Part shown: in pieces, positions 45,630 through 54,221 of the stretch
Numbering within the stretch: the stretch's first letter is position 1
Layout: each line of letters starts with the position of its first letter
From: Candidatus Nealsonbacteria bacterium
Lineage (GTDB): Bacteria > Patescibacteriota > Minisyncoccia > Minisyncoccales > CAZKCU01
Length of the DNA: 64,000 nucleotides
NCBI GenBank assembly: GCA_047456305.1
Contig: CP179888.1
Coordinates: 253,307-317,306 of the forward strand
Direction of reading: 5' to 3'
Notes under the pieces: generated by a model
Databases searched by the model: none
The model's input: only the letters and a program-made list of their open reading frames with translations
Told to the model about the DNA's origin: nothing
Translations under genes and position numbers: made by a program

Positions 45630-45800
45630 ATGATTTACAAAGACAAAATTCTAACTCCTATTATTAGCCAGGAGCCAGAAAAGGCTCCCGGAGAGACTCC
45701 TGAAGAAACTCCTGCAGAAACTCCTGCAGAGGAAGAAACTCCTGCAGAGGAAACTCCTGCAGAAACTCCTGCAGAGGAAGAAAAGAAAGAGGAAGTTTAG
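45630..45800 (+). CDS. Small acidic repeat protein (56 aa, ETPAE repeats); alternatively part of a non-coding transcript
   Basis: Hand translation gives MIYKDKILTPIISQEPEKAPGETPEETPAETPAEEETPAEETPAETPAEEEKKEEV. Below the track cutoff. Bracketed by the consensus promoter and a strong terminator. Confidence 0.4.
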   Translation: MIYKDKILTPIISQEPEKAPGETPEETPAETPAEEETPAEETPAETPAEEEKKEEV

Positions 45801-45810
45801 GAGTAAATTA

Positions 45811-45838
45811 AAACCCCGCTTTAAAAGGCGGGGTTTTA
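45811..45838. terminator. Rho-independent (bidirectional) terminator
   Basis: aaaCCCCGC-tttaaaag-GCGGGGtttt lies between the small ORF (+) and tyrS (-). Confidence 0.75.
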
Positions 45839-45854
45839 AAAAACGGGGTTTTAA

Positions 45855-47054
45855 TCAGATAATCTTGACGAATTTTCTTTTCCCTACTTGGACAATCTGT
45901 CCCTTTTTTATTTCTATAACTTTTTGCCAGTCTTCCTGAATCTGCCTATCTATTTTCACTCCTTTTTGTAAAACTAATCTTTTAGCCTCAGATTTAGAAA
46001 GGGCTAATTTTGTTTTTAAGAGAAGGTCGAGTAAAGCAATCTTCTTTTTTCGAATTCGAATTTCTGGAATTTTTGCCGGTATTTTTTTTTCTTTGAAGAT
46101 GCGATTAAATTCCTTCTCAGCTTCAAGAGCTGCCTTTTTAGTATAATAAGAAGCAACAATTTCTCTAGCTAGCTTTGTTTTAGCATCTCTGGGGTTTAGT
46201 TTCTTTTTTTTTATTTGAGCTGAGATTTGTTTTATCTCATTCGTTGGCAAATCGGTGCATAGTTCAAAAGCAAGAATAATCAAGCTATCCGGCCAACTCA
46301 TTATCTTGCCATACATCTTTTCCGGTTTTTCGTCTAGGCTAACTATATTCCCCTCTGTTTTCCCCATTTTCTTCCCCTCTGGGTCAACCAGAAGTTTAGT
46401 TGTCAGCACGAACTTTTCCTTATTTTTCATCTTCTTCATTAACCTTCTCCCTGCCAACATATTAAAAGTTTGATCGTTTCCTCCTATTTCTAGATCAACA
46501 TCCATCGTAACGCTGTCGTAAGCTTGAAATATTGGATACAAAAATTCATGCACGTGAATGTCTCTACCTGCTTTTATTCGTCTTTGAAACATATCTCTTT
46601 CTAATAATCTAGCAACAGTAAACTTGGAAGCTAAAGCAAGCATATCTATTGGTTTTAATTTATTAGTCCATTCTTCGTTATGCAAAAACCTAACATTTAA
46701 CTTGTTGAAATCTAAAATTTTCCCAATCTGCTTTTTGTAATTTTTAGCAAAAATTAACACTTGCTTACGTGTTAACGTCTTTCTTGTCGCATATTTACCA
46801 GCTGGGTCGCCAATGGTGGCTGTAAAGTCGCCTATTAAAACAATGGTCTCATGCCCCAAGTCTTGAAATTGACGCAATTTTCTTAAAACTACAAAGTGGC
46901 CTAAATGAAGCTTACCTGTAGGATCAATACCGGTATAAACCCTAAGTTTCTTGCCAGATTTTAAAACTTTTTCTAATGCCTTGCTGTTAGGATAAATATT
47001 TTCTACTCCTCGGGTTAAAAGTTCTTCAATTTTTTTGGGATTAATTTTGGTCAT
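45855..47054 (-). CDS. tyrS: Tyrosyl-tRNA synthetase
   Basis: HIGH-type GKLHLGH, KMSKS-type KMGKT, C-terminal S4 domain. 399 aa. Confidence 0.93.
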   Translation of the reverse strand: MTKINPKKIEELLTRGVENIYPNSKALEKVLKSGKKLRVYTGIDPTGKLHLGHFVVLRKLRQFQDLGHETIVLIGDFTATIGDPAGKYATRKTLTRKQVLIFAKNYKKQIGKILDFNKLNVRFLHNEEWTNKLKPIDMLALASKFTVARLLERDMFQRRIKAGRDIHVHEFLYPIFQAYDSVTMDVDLEIGGNDQTFNMLAGRRLMKKMKNKEKFVLTTKLLVDPEGKKMGKTEGNIVSLDEKPEKMYGKIMSWPDSLIILAFELCTDLPTNEIKQISAQIKKKKLNPRDAKTKLAREIVASYYTKKAALEAEKEFNRIFKEKKIPAKIPEIRIRKKKIALLDLLLKTKLALSKSEAKRLVLQKGVKIDRQIQEDWQKVIEIKKGQIVQVGKRKFVKII

Positions 47055-47115
47055 TTTTTTAGTTTAACATATTTTTAAAGATGAATAAAATCAAAAATTA
47101 TGATACCATATAAAT

Positions 47116-49047
47116 ATGCCAAAAAGAAGATTTTATCGAAAAATTTATCAGAAGGACAAAAAAGGAAAAAGAAGAAGTAGATCTCTTTTAATTTTAAAAT
47201 TCTTTGGATATTTTCTTTTATTTTTTGTTTTTATTTCTTTATTTTTATTTGTTTACTATGCCAAAGACCTTCCCCGACCAGAAAGATTTACCGAAAAGCC
47301 ATTTATCCAATCAACTAAAATTTACGACAAGACAGGGGAAATTCTTCTCTATGATATTTATGGTGAAGAAAAAAGAGATGTTATTTCTTTGGACCAAGTT
47401 CCAGAATATTTAAAGGAGGCTGTGATTGTGGCTGAAGATATTAATTTTTATCACCATTTTGGATTAGACATTAAGGGAATAATCCGAGCCGTCCTATCTA
47501 ATTTAAGAGTGGGTAAAGCAATTTATGGAGGATCAACTATCAGTCAGCAACTCATCCGTTCTTCTTTCTTAACTAGAGAAAAAACTTTAAAAAGAAAGGT
47601 GAGAGAGATTATTTTAACTCTTGAGTTAGAAAGAAGATATTCTAAAGATGAAATTTTAGAATTTTATTTGAATCAGGTCCCTTTTGGTTCTAATACCTAT
47701 GGAGTAGAAGCTGCTTGCCAGACTTATTTTAACAAACCTATCTCTGAAATCTCTTTGCCAGAAGCTGCTATTTTAGTTTCTTTAATCAGGTCCCCGAGTT
47801 ATCTTTCTCCTTACGGAGAACACAAAGATAAGCTCCTATCTAGAAAAGATTATATCTTAGACAGAATGTTAAAAGAAGGATATTTAACTCAAGAAGAAAG
47901 AGATAAAACCAAAGAATCTGAAATAACCTTTGCCAAAATTTTACAGCCAATCCGAGCTCCTCATTTTGTAATGTATGTTATGGAATACCTTAAACAAAGG
48001 TACGGAGAAGATTTTTTAAAAGAAAAAGGGCTTAGAGTTTATACCTCTTTAGATTGGGAACTCCAGGAATGGGCTGAAAAAGTAATTAAAGAAGGGGGAG
48101 AGATTAATAAAAATTACCGAGCTCATAACGCCAGCTTAGTGGCTATTGACCCAAAAACCGGTCAAATTTTGGCTATGGTGGGGTCAATAGATTATTTCGG
48201 AGACCTTTTCCCTGAGGATTGTTTAGCAGGAGAAAATTGTTTATTTGAACCTTATCCTAATGTTACAATTCGAGGACGCCAGCCAGGCTCTGCTTTTAAA
48301 CCTTTTGTCTATGCTACCGCTTTTAAAAAGGGTTATGATGATAAAGTTGTCGTGATCGACGAAGAAACTAATTTCGGCACCCCGGCCTACCCTTATATCC
48401 CCAGAAATTATGATGGACTTTTCCGGGGTCAGGTCTCTTTGAGACAGGCTTTGGCTCAATCTTTGAATGTCCCTTCAATAAAAGTCCTGGCCAATTTTGC
48501 CGGTTTACAAGATAGCATCCAGACTGCTAAGGATTTAGGTATTACTACCTTAACTAAGCCTCCTTCTTTTTACGGTCTCCCTTTGGTCCTGGGCGGCGGA
48601 GAGGTAACTTTATTAGAAATGGTTTCAGCTTATGGAACTTTTGCTGCCAAAGGCTGGCATGTTCCCCCAGTCTCTATTTTAAAAATCGAGGATTCTACTG
48701 GAAATATTATTGAGGAAAATAAAAAAACTCCAAAAATGGTCTTGGAGCCGGAAGTTGCTTCCCTTATTAATGACATTTTATCAGACAATGAAGCCAGAGC
48801 TCCTATGTTTGGAAGCCGTCCTTTGCTTTATTTTGAAAGCTACCAGGTGGCGGCAAAAACTGGAACGACCCAAAACTATAAAGATGGCTGGGTAATTGGT
48901 TATACTCCTTCAATAGCGGCTGGGGTTTGGGTTGGAAACAACAATAACTCTTCGATGTCAAAACAACCAGGGATAGTTTTAGCCGGTCCTATCTGGAGAA
49001 GATTTATGGAGAAAGTTCTTTTATTAAGAGGAACTGAGAACTTCTGA
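47116..49047 (+). CDS. Class A penicillin-binding protein (transglycosylase + transpeptidase)
   Basis: N-terminal TM; GT51 motifs EDINFYHHFG, GGSTISQQL, RKVRE; transpeptidase motifs SAFKP, SLN, KTGTT. Confidence 0.92.
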   Translation: MPKRRFYRKIYQKDKKGKRRSRSLLILKFFGYFLLFFVFISLFLFVYYAKDLPRPERFTEKPFIQSTKIYDKTGEILLYDIYGEEKRDVISLDQVPEYLKEAVIVAEDINFYHHFGLDIKGIIRAVLSNLRVGKAIYGGSTISQQLIRSSFLTREKTLKRKVREIILTLELERRYSKDEILEFYLNQVPFGSNTYGVEAACQTYFNKPISEISLPEAAILVSLIRSPSYLSPYGEHKDKLLSRKDYILDRMLKEGYLTQEERDKTKESEITFAKILQPIRAPHFVMYVMEYLKQRYGEDFLKEKGLRVYTSLDWELQEWAEKVIKEGGEINKNYRAHNASLVAIDPKTGQILAMVGSIDYFGDLFPEDCLAGENCLFEPYPNVTIRGRQPGSAFKPFVYATAFKKGYDDKVVVIDEETNFGTPAYPYIPRNYDGLFRGQVSLRQALAQSLNVPSIKVLANFAGLQDSIQTAKDLGITTLTKPPSFYGLPLVLGGGEVTLLEMVSAYGTFAAKGWHVPPVSILKIEDSTGNIIEENKKTPKMVLEPEVASLINDILSDNEARAPMFGSRPLLYFESYQVAAKTGTTQNYKDGWVIGYTPSIAAGVWVGNNNNSSMSKQPGIVLAGPIWRRFMEKVLLLRGTENF

Positions 49048-49066
49048 AGTAATACCTAAAAAAATG

Positions 49067-50197
49067 CTATGTCCCTTTAATTGGCATTGCAACATAGATA
49101 TAACTTTCATCCCCTACTGGTTTTAAAACTCCAGGGCCTACCTCGCCATTTAGCTCAAAAATCACCTCTGAACTTTTTATATTCAAGAGCCCGCTATTTA
49201 AAAATCTATAATTAAAAGAAATTTCTTCCTCTTTCCCTTTTGTTTTCCCTGAGAGTAAAGAATGGTATTCTCCAGTTTCGGGATTCTGGCTGGAAATCTC
49301 TACTATTTCTTTTTTAGGGTCAATTTTAAATTTGACCTCATTTATTTTCCCGCTAAAAAGACTGGCCGCTTTAATCTGATTTAAAAATTCCTGCTTATCT
49401 AAAATAACCTGAGTTTCATATTTTTTAGGAATAATTTCTTGATAGTTTGGGTATTCTCCTTCGATTAATTTTGAAGTAAGATGAATTTCTGGATGGGGGG
49501 TTTCGGACATTGTAGACTCAAATAAAATTTGGTTAGGGTTAACCAGGATTTTAATCTCTCCTTGTTTTTCTCCAAAAATATTAATTATTTCTTTTGCTGT
49601 TTTTTGGGGCAGAATCAGGGAGATTTCCTTTTCAATTGTAAGTGGTTTTTTTAAAAACAGAGTTTTTTCACCTAATCTAAAACTATCAGTAGCTGCCATT
49701 TTTATTAAGTCTTTTTGGATAAGGAAATGGATGCCTGAAATTTCAGGCTTTACTGTAGAAGGAAGAGCAATGTCTACAATTTGATTTAAGGCCTGACAAA
49801 AAGAATAACTGTCAAGAGAAAATGAGATGCCTTCTGATATTTCAGGAATAATCGGAAAATCTTCTGAGCTTTGTCCTTTTATTTTGGTTTTATAACCCTC
49901 ACATTCAACAGATAGAATTTGATTATGGGCTGTTAATTCAACCGGTTTTTCAGGTAAGAGACTTATAAAAGTTGACAAAATAGAACTTGGAACAGTAACC
50001 TCACCTTCTTTTTCTATTTTAGAAAGAACCCACCATTTAATTCCTATTTCTAAGTCTGTCGCTGCTAATAATAAAAAGTTTTTTTCAGCTTTTAAAAGAA
50101 GATTTCTAAGAATAGGTAAAGTAAAAGATTTAGAGGAAACTCTTTCAATGATGTTAAGTCCTTGTTTTAATTTATTTTGTAATATTATTAATTTCAT
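49067..50197 (-). CDS. dnaN: DNA polymerase III beta sliding clamp
   Basis: 376 aa with three-domain length. LPILRNLLLKA, MAATDSFRL. Sits directly downstream of dnaA. Confidence 0.9.
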   Translation of the reverse strand: MKLIILQNKLKQGLNIIERVSSKSFTLPILRNLLLKAEKNFLLLAATDLEIGIKWWVLSKIEKEGEVTVPSSILSTFISLLPEKPVELTAHNQILSVECEGYKTKIKGQSSEDFPIIPEISEGISFSLDSYSFCQALNQIVDIALPSTVKPEISGIHFLIQKDLIKMAATDSFRLGEKTLFLKKPLTIEKEISLILPQKTAKEIINIFGEKQGEIKILVNPNQILFESTMSETPHPEIHLTSKLIEGEYPNYQEIIPKKYETQVILDKQEFLNQIKAASLFSGKINEVKFKIDPKKEIVEISSQNPETGEYHSLLSGKTKGKEEEISFNYRFLNSGLLNIKSSEVIFELNGEVGPGVLKPVGDESYIYVAMPIKGT

Positions 50198-50255
50198 TAT
50201 AGTTATAGGTAATGGGTAAAACTATTTTTTTAAATAGATTAGTCAAAAGAAAACT

Positions 50256-50342
50256 AGTGGAAAACGAGCAAAGAAGTAGTTAATTAATTAGGGATAATAA
50301 AAAGAAGAAAAGAAAAAGAAATTTTTAAAGAGATTTTCCACT
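50256..50342. promoter_or_regulatory. Inverted pair of DnaA-box-like 9-mers TTTTCCACT in the dnaA-dnaN spacer
   Basis: agtggaaaa at 50256..50264 and ttttccact at 50334..50342, plus tttttcaca at 50357..50365. The spacer is AT-rich. Confidence 0.4.
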
Positions 50343-50402
50343 TTTAATACCATGCCTTTTTCACAAATTGACCAAGGAAATTTTTAGCAAAAGGGTAAAA
50401 AC

Positions 50403-51752
50403 TCAGATGCTAAAAACAAGTTGCCTGATTAACTCAATTTCTTCCTTTAAATTTTCGTTTGTTTCAAGTTCTTTTAAAATTTTCTTGTAGGAATGAATAG
50501 CTGTGGTATGGTCTTTTCCCCCTATTTTCCTTCCTATAAAAGGGTAGGAACTTTTTAAGTCTTCCCTTAATAAATACATCGCAATCTGGCGAGGTCTGAC
50601 GATTTCTCTTTTACGTGAGGAATCTAAAAGGTTATTTTCTTTAAGGTCGTAAAACTTAGCTACCGCCCTGATTATTTTTTTCGGTGTGGCTATTTTAGTT
50701 GGAGAAAAGAGTAATTTTTTAAGCAAAGATTTAGCTTCTTCGGGCTCTAAGGATTGGTTATTTAACTTTTGATAAGCGACTAATCTGTTCAAAGCTCCTT
50801 CAAGTTCCCTAATATTTCTTTGGATGTTTGATGCGATATAGACAAGAGTTTCTTCGGGAGGGCTAATTTTTTTTTCTTGGGCCTTTGTTTTAAGAATAGC
50901 CATTCTTGTTTCGAAATCAGGATAACCAATATCAGCTATCATTCCTCCCTCAAACCTAGACCTTAGTCTCTCCGTGAGTGCAGGGATAGCCTTTGGGGGC
51001 CGGTCAGAGGAAAGAACTATTTGTTTATTTCTTTCGTAAAGGGTATTAAAAGTATGGAAAAACTCTTCTTGGGTTTTTTCTTTCCCAGCCAGAAATTGAA
51101 CATCATCAATAATAAGGACATCTATCGCCCGGTATTTCGTTTTAAAACTTTCCATAGTATGATTTTTAATTGCCGTTACCACCCCAGAGGTGAATTTTTC
51201 AGAAGGAATATATTTTAATTTTTTTTCTGGAAAATTTTTAGTTATCTCATTACCGATTGCCTGCAGTAAATGGGTTTTGCCGAGACCCACCCCTCCATAA
51301 ACAAATAAAGGATTGTAGATAAGGCCAGGATCTTTTGAGGATGCCCAGGCAGCGGCCTGTGGTAGTTCATTAAAAGGGCCGACTACAAAATTTTCAAAAG
51401 TATAGCGGGGGTTAAGATTAGTATCTTTGTCAATTTTTAATTCTTGAAACTCAAGCTGGTCCGATTCTGGGTAAGAGAAAGAGGGTTTTTTAAAAACTTT
51501 TAATCCCTGTCGGACAACAGTATATTTAATCTCTTTAATTTCTTCGTCCAAACTATGCAAGAGTTTAAAAATAATTTTGTTGTATTTATTTTCAAGCCAC
51601 TCTTTGGCAAAAGAATTGGGAACAGAAACTATAACCTGGCCTTCTTTCTGAGAAAGAATCCCGGTATTTTTAAACCATGTACTAAAATTAGCCTGGGAAA
51701 TATTTAATTGGATTTGGGCCAAAACCGTCTGCCACAATTCCTCCTTGGTCAT
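50403..51752 (-). CDS. dnaA: Chromosomal replication initiator DnaA
   Basis: Walker A GGVGLGKTHL, IDDVQFL, sensor motifs, C-terminal DNA-binding KDHTTAIHSYKKI. A GGGGA SD lies 7 nt upstream. Confidence 0.95.
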   Translation of the reverse strand: MTKEELWQTVLAQIQLNISQANFSTWFKNTGILSQKEGQVIVSVPNSFAKEWLENKYNKIIFKLLHSLDEEIKEIKYTVVRQGLKVFKKPSFSYPESDQLEFQELKIDKDTNLNPRYTFENFVVGPFNELPQAAAWASSKDPGLIYNPLFVYGGVGLGKTHLLQAIGNEITKNFPEKKLKYIPSEKFTSGVVTAIKNHTMESFKTKYRAIDVLIIDDVQFLAGKEKTQEEFFHTFNTLYERNKQIVLSSDRPPKAIPALTERLRSRFEGGMIADIGYPDFETRMAILKTKAQEKKISPPEETLVYIASNIQRNIRELEGALNRLVAYQKLNNQSLEPEEAKSLLKKLLFSPTKIATPKKIIRAVAKFYDLKENNLLDSSRKREIVRPRQIAMYLLREDLKSSYPFIGRKIGGKDHTTAIHSYKKILKELETNENLKEEIELIRQLVFSI

Positions 51753-52060
51753 AAGTGTTCCCCTAAAATTAAAAGATAAAATATTTTTGCGTTTTTAATT
51801 ACGCCTTAATTTTTTGGTTTTTCTTTCTTAATAAATTATACCACAAAGTCAATCGGATAGTAAAATAAACATCAAATTCAGAAAGATGTTAATAAACTGG
51901 GGAGAACTTGTGGGTTATAAAAAACTTAATAGTCGGTTAATATTCTAATCCAAATTAATAGAAAATTTCTGAAAAGAATCAACGGGAAAGAAATATATTG
52001 CCAACACTTTCCTTAAACTCAAACAGGTTGACAGATATTTTTAGGAGGTTAATAATAAAA

Positions 52061-52218
52061 GTGAGGGGGTGCGAGGGAATCTCCTCTAAGGACACGGTTT
52101 TAATGGAGGAGGTTTGAGGTACGTGCCTGGTTACGTCCGACACCAGTGAGTCTCTGATAAACTGATATCATTAAGGCCGCTCCCCCTCACTAAAGAAGAG
52201 GTGCTTCACCTCTTTTTT
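52061..52218 (+). ncRNA. Candidate structured RNA or riboswitch-like leader with an intrinsic terminator (family not identified)
   Basis: GC-rich island. The closing stem gtgaggggg(t)gcg / cgc(t)ccccctcac encloses ~105 nt with internal helices (cuccuc/gaggag, cugg/ccag, gaua/uauc). It is followed by aagaggtg-ctt-cacctcttTTTT at 52196..52218, 30 nt before ATG 52248. Confidence 0.45.
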
Positions 52219-52247
52219 AGTTTTTAAAGATGTGTTAAACTAAAAAT

Positions 52248-52820
52248 ATGAGATACAAAATTGCTGTTTCTGGAGCAGCCCAGATTGGCCATTGCTGTAA
52301 GGGGATTAAGGAGTTGTCTAAAAAAATTGGGCGAGAAATTTTTCGCCAAAATTGTGTCCTGGTTACTGGAGCTACAACCGGTGTCCCCTATTTTGCTGCC
52401 TTAGGATGTAAGGAGGTGGGAGGATTCAGTATTGGTTTTTCACCAGCAACCTCTGAAGCCGCCCACTTAAAAAGATATAAACTTCCAGTGGATGCTTTTG
52501 ATGTAATGGTTTATACCGGCGCTGATTATGTGGGGAGAAATGTAATTATGACAAAGGCAGTAGATGGAGTGATTATTATCTGCGGGAGAATGGGGACCTT
52601 GCATGAATTCGCCACTGCTTTTGAAATTCAAAAACCAATTGCGGTTTTAGAAGAAACAGGGGGAACGGCTGATAAAATTAAGAAGATTGCCACTGGTCCT
52701 TATCGAGGGGTTAAAAAAATTATTTATGAAAAAAATCCCAAAGAATTGGTAAAAAAATTAATTGAATTAATTAAAAAAGAGAAAAAAGAAAATTCTAAAC
52801 TAAAAGGTCGACTCAAATAG
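52248..52820 (+). CDS. TIGR00725/LOG-like Rossmann-fold nucleotide-binding protein
   Basis: IAVSGAA...LVTGATTGVPYFAALG...GVIIICGRMGTLHEF pattern. Confidence 0.6.
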   Translation: MRYKIAVSGAAQIGHCCKGIKELSKKIGREIFRQNCVLVTGATTGVPYFAALGCKEVGGFSIGFSPATSEAAHLKRYKLPVDAFDVMVYTGADYVGRNVIMTKAVDGVIIICGRMGTLHEFATAFEIQKPIAVLEETGGTADKIKKIATGPYRGVKKIIYEKNPKELVKKLIELIKKEKKENSKLKGRLK

Positions 52821-52840
52821 AAAATAAGTTTTTAAAAATT

Positions 52841-53116
52841 ATGCCAAATGAAGAACCTCAAGTTCCCGAGGAAGGAAAATTAGTGGGGGAAATTACTCAC
52901 TATTTCGGGAATATAGGGGTGGCGGTTATTAAGCTTTCTGATACCTTAAAAGCAGGAGATAGTATTAGAATTGTTGGAGGGGACACTGATTTTACTCAGG
53001 CTGTAGAATCTATGGAAATCGAGCACAAAAAAATTGAAACAGCTAAGGCTGGAGATTCTGCTGGTTTAAAAGTTGAGCAAAAAGTAAGAGAGGGATATAA
53101 GGTATACAAAGTGTAA
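52841..53116 (+). CDS. Small EF-Tu-domain-2-like beta-barrel protein
   Basis: GEITHYFGNIGVAVIKLSDTLKAGDSIRIVG...IETAKAGDSAGLKV. Confidence 0.55.
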   Translation: MPNEEPQVPEEGKLVGEITHYFGNIGVAVIKLSDTLKAGDSIRIVGGDTDFTQAVESMEIEHKKIETAKAGDSAGLKVEQKVREGYKVYKV

Positions 53117-53142
53117 AGGCAACACCAATATACTAATTAGGC

Positions 53143-53209
53143 ACTAATTTACGAATTTTAGCAATTCGTATAATTAGTACATTCCTGTGAAATTCGTATT
53201 TGATTAGTG
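53143..53209. promoter_or_regulatory. Operator-like inverted repeat plus a third half-site upstream of mgtC
   Basis: actaatttacgaatt-ttagc-aattcgtataattagt, followed by aattcgtatttgattagt. Confidence 0.4.
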
Positions 53210-53218
53210 CAGCATCTT

Positions 53219-53671
53219 ATGGAGTTTTTAGTTAACTCTCAAATTAGAATTATTTTACAATTATTACTGGCTGCTTTTTTGGGCGGACTAATCGGCCTAG
53301 AAAGAGAATATAAGAGAAAAGAAGCCGGACTTCAAACTTATAGTTTGGTAGCTTTGGGGACTTGTCTTTTTACTGTGATTACTTTTGAATTATTTAATTT
53401 TTTTATCAACAAAGAAGGTATTAGTTTTGACCCTTCCAGAATAATTCAGGCCATAGCTGTTGGAATTGGTTTTATTGGAGCCGGGGTGATTTTCCGCCAG
53501 CCATCAGGGGTTGTAGGTTTAACTACTGCTGCCGGTTTATGGACAACTGCGGCTATTGGAATTGCTATAGGAGTTAAGCTTTATTTTTTAGCTATTTTTG
53601 CTACTTTTTTAGCTCTTCTGGTATTGGCCGGCTTTGGAATATTGGAAGAGAAAATTTTTAAGAAGTCTTGA
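53219..53671 (+). CDS. mgtC: MgtC/SapB-family membrane protein
   Basis: LLAAFLGGLIGLEREYKRKEAGLQTYSLVALG...GAGVIF...GLTTAAGLWTTAAIGIAIG. The alternative GTG start is at 53207. Confidence 0.88.
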   Translation: MEFLVNSQIRIILQLLLAAFLGGLIGLEREYKRKEAGLQTYSLVALGTCLFTVITFELFNFFINKEGISFDPSRIIQAIAVGIGFIGAGVIFRQPSGVVGLTTAAGLWTTAAIGIAIGVKLYFLAIFATFLALLVLAGFGILEEKIFKKS

Positions 53672-53720
53672 CCGCTTAAGCGATAGCGCAGAGCAAAAGA
53701 AGAGATTTATCTCTTCGCCC
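53672..53720. repeat. GC-rich hairpin element with a GAAGAGAT-tt-ATCTCTTC core
   Basis: cgcttaagcg...gaagagatttatctcttcgccc lies directly after the mgtC stop. Confidence 0.8.
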
Positions 53721-53801
53721 ACTGAAGGAGAGATGATAAAATAACTAAAAGAAAAAAGGAACCGTTCGTTCAGCTCACTGTAATTTACTTCGCAAATTAA
53801 A

Positions 53802-54140
53802 ATGAAACCTCAAAAAATTATCGGCTGGCTCTTATTATTCACCGGCCTAATAATAATATTTTACAGCATTTTTGCTTCTTATAATATTTTTACTGGAAAA
53901 GCTCTGGAGCCAACAGTTTTTAAGACGTCAGAAAAAGAAGCAGTTTTGCCTCAAAAAGGTAAAGTTCAGACCCAAGAGGCTCAAATGCAAGAAATGATTG
54001 GGGGGCAATTGAAAGAAATGCTGCCGGTTGATTTTATACCAAAACTTTTAAATCTGCTTGCTTGGTCAATAATGGCGGGAATTATGATTTTCGCTGGCAC
54101 CCAGATATCAAGTCTGGGCATTAAATTAATAAAAAGGTAA
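53802..54140 (+). CDS. Small two-TM membrane protein
   Basis: 112 aa with hydrophobic N- and C-terminal helices. Confidence 0.5.
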   Translation: MKPQKIIGWLLLFTGLIIIFYSIFASYNIFTGKALEPTVFKTSEKEAVLPQKGKVQTQEAQMQEMIGGQLKEMLPVDFIPKLLNLLAWSIMAGIMIFAGTQISSLGIKLIKR

Positions 54141-54221
54141 TTACTCTTTCAATTTTTTCCGGCACAGTTTTTAGCTGCGCTTTTTTGGTTTTCAAAATAA
54201 ATGTGATATAAAAAAGAGAAT

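Noticed and set aside
45696-45780. The tandem 12-15-nt repeats (gaaactcctgcaga…) were considered as a possible CRISPR array or other spacer-repeat array.
   Set aside because: The units are contiguous with no spacers and much shorter than CRISPR repeats. No cas genes are present, and the repeats lie in frame in a micro-ORF.
8632-49047. Possibility of an alternative genetic code (UGA as a sense codon), as seen in some candidate phyla.
   Set aside because: TGA terminates well-bounded homologous genes at the expected lengths. Examples are the class A PBP at 49045..49047, the pilB-like gene at 43001..43003 and gene 8179..8634. No conserved gene shows in-frame TGA.
51753-52060. A cluster of DnaA boxes immediately upstream of dnaA.
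   Set aside because: Only weak matches were found (tataccaca, taacccaca, each with at least 2 mismatches). The better boxes lie in the dnaA-dnaN spacer, so no box feature is called here.
52061-52190. Assignment of the structured RNA candidate to SRP RNA, the TPP riboswitch (it begins with a GGGGUGC-like sequence) or the ykkC/ZTP classes.
   Set aside because: The diagnostic motifs are absent: the GGAA tetraloop with AGCA loop of SRP, CUGAGA and ACCUGAUCUGG of TPP, and GCCUGGGC of ZTP. It is therefore left unclassified.
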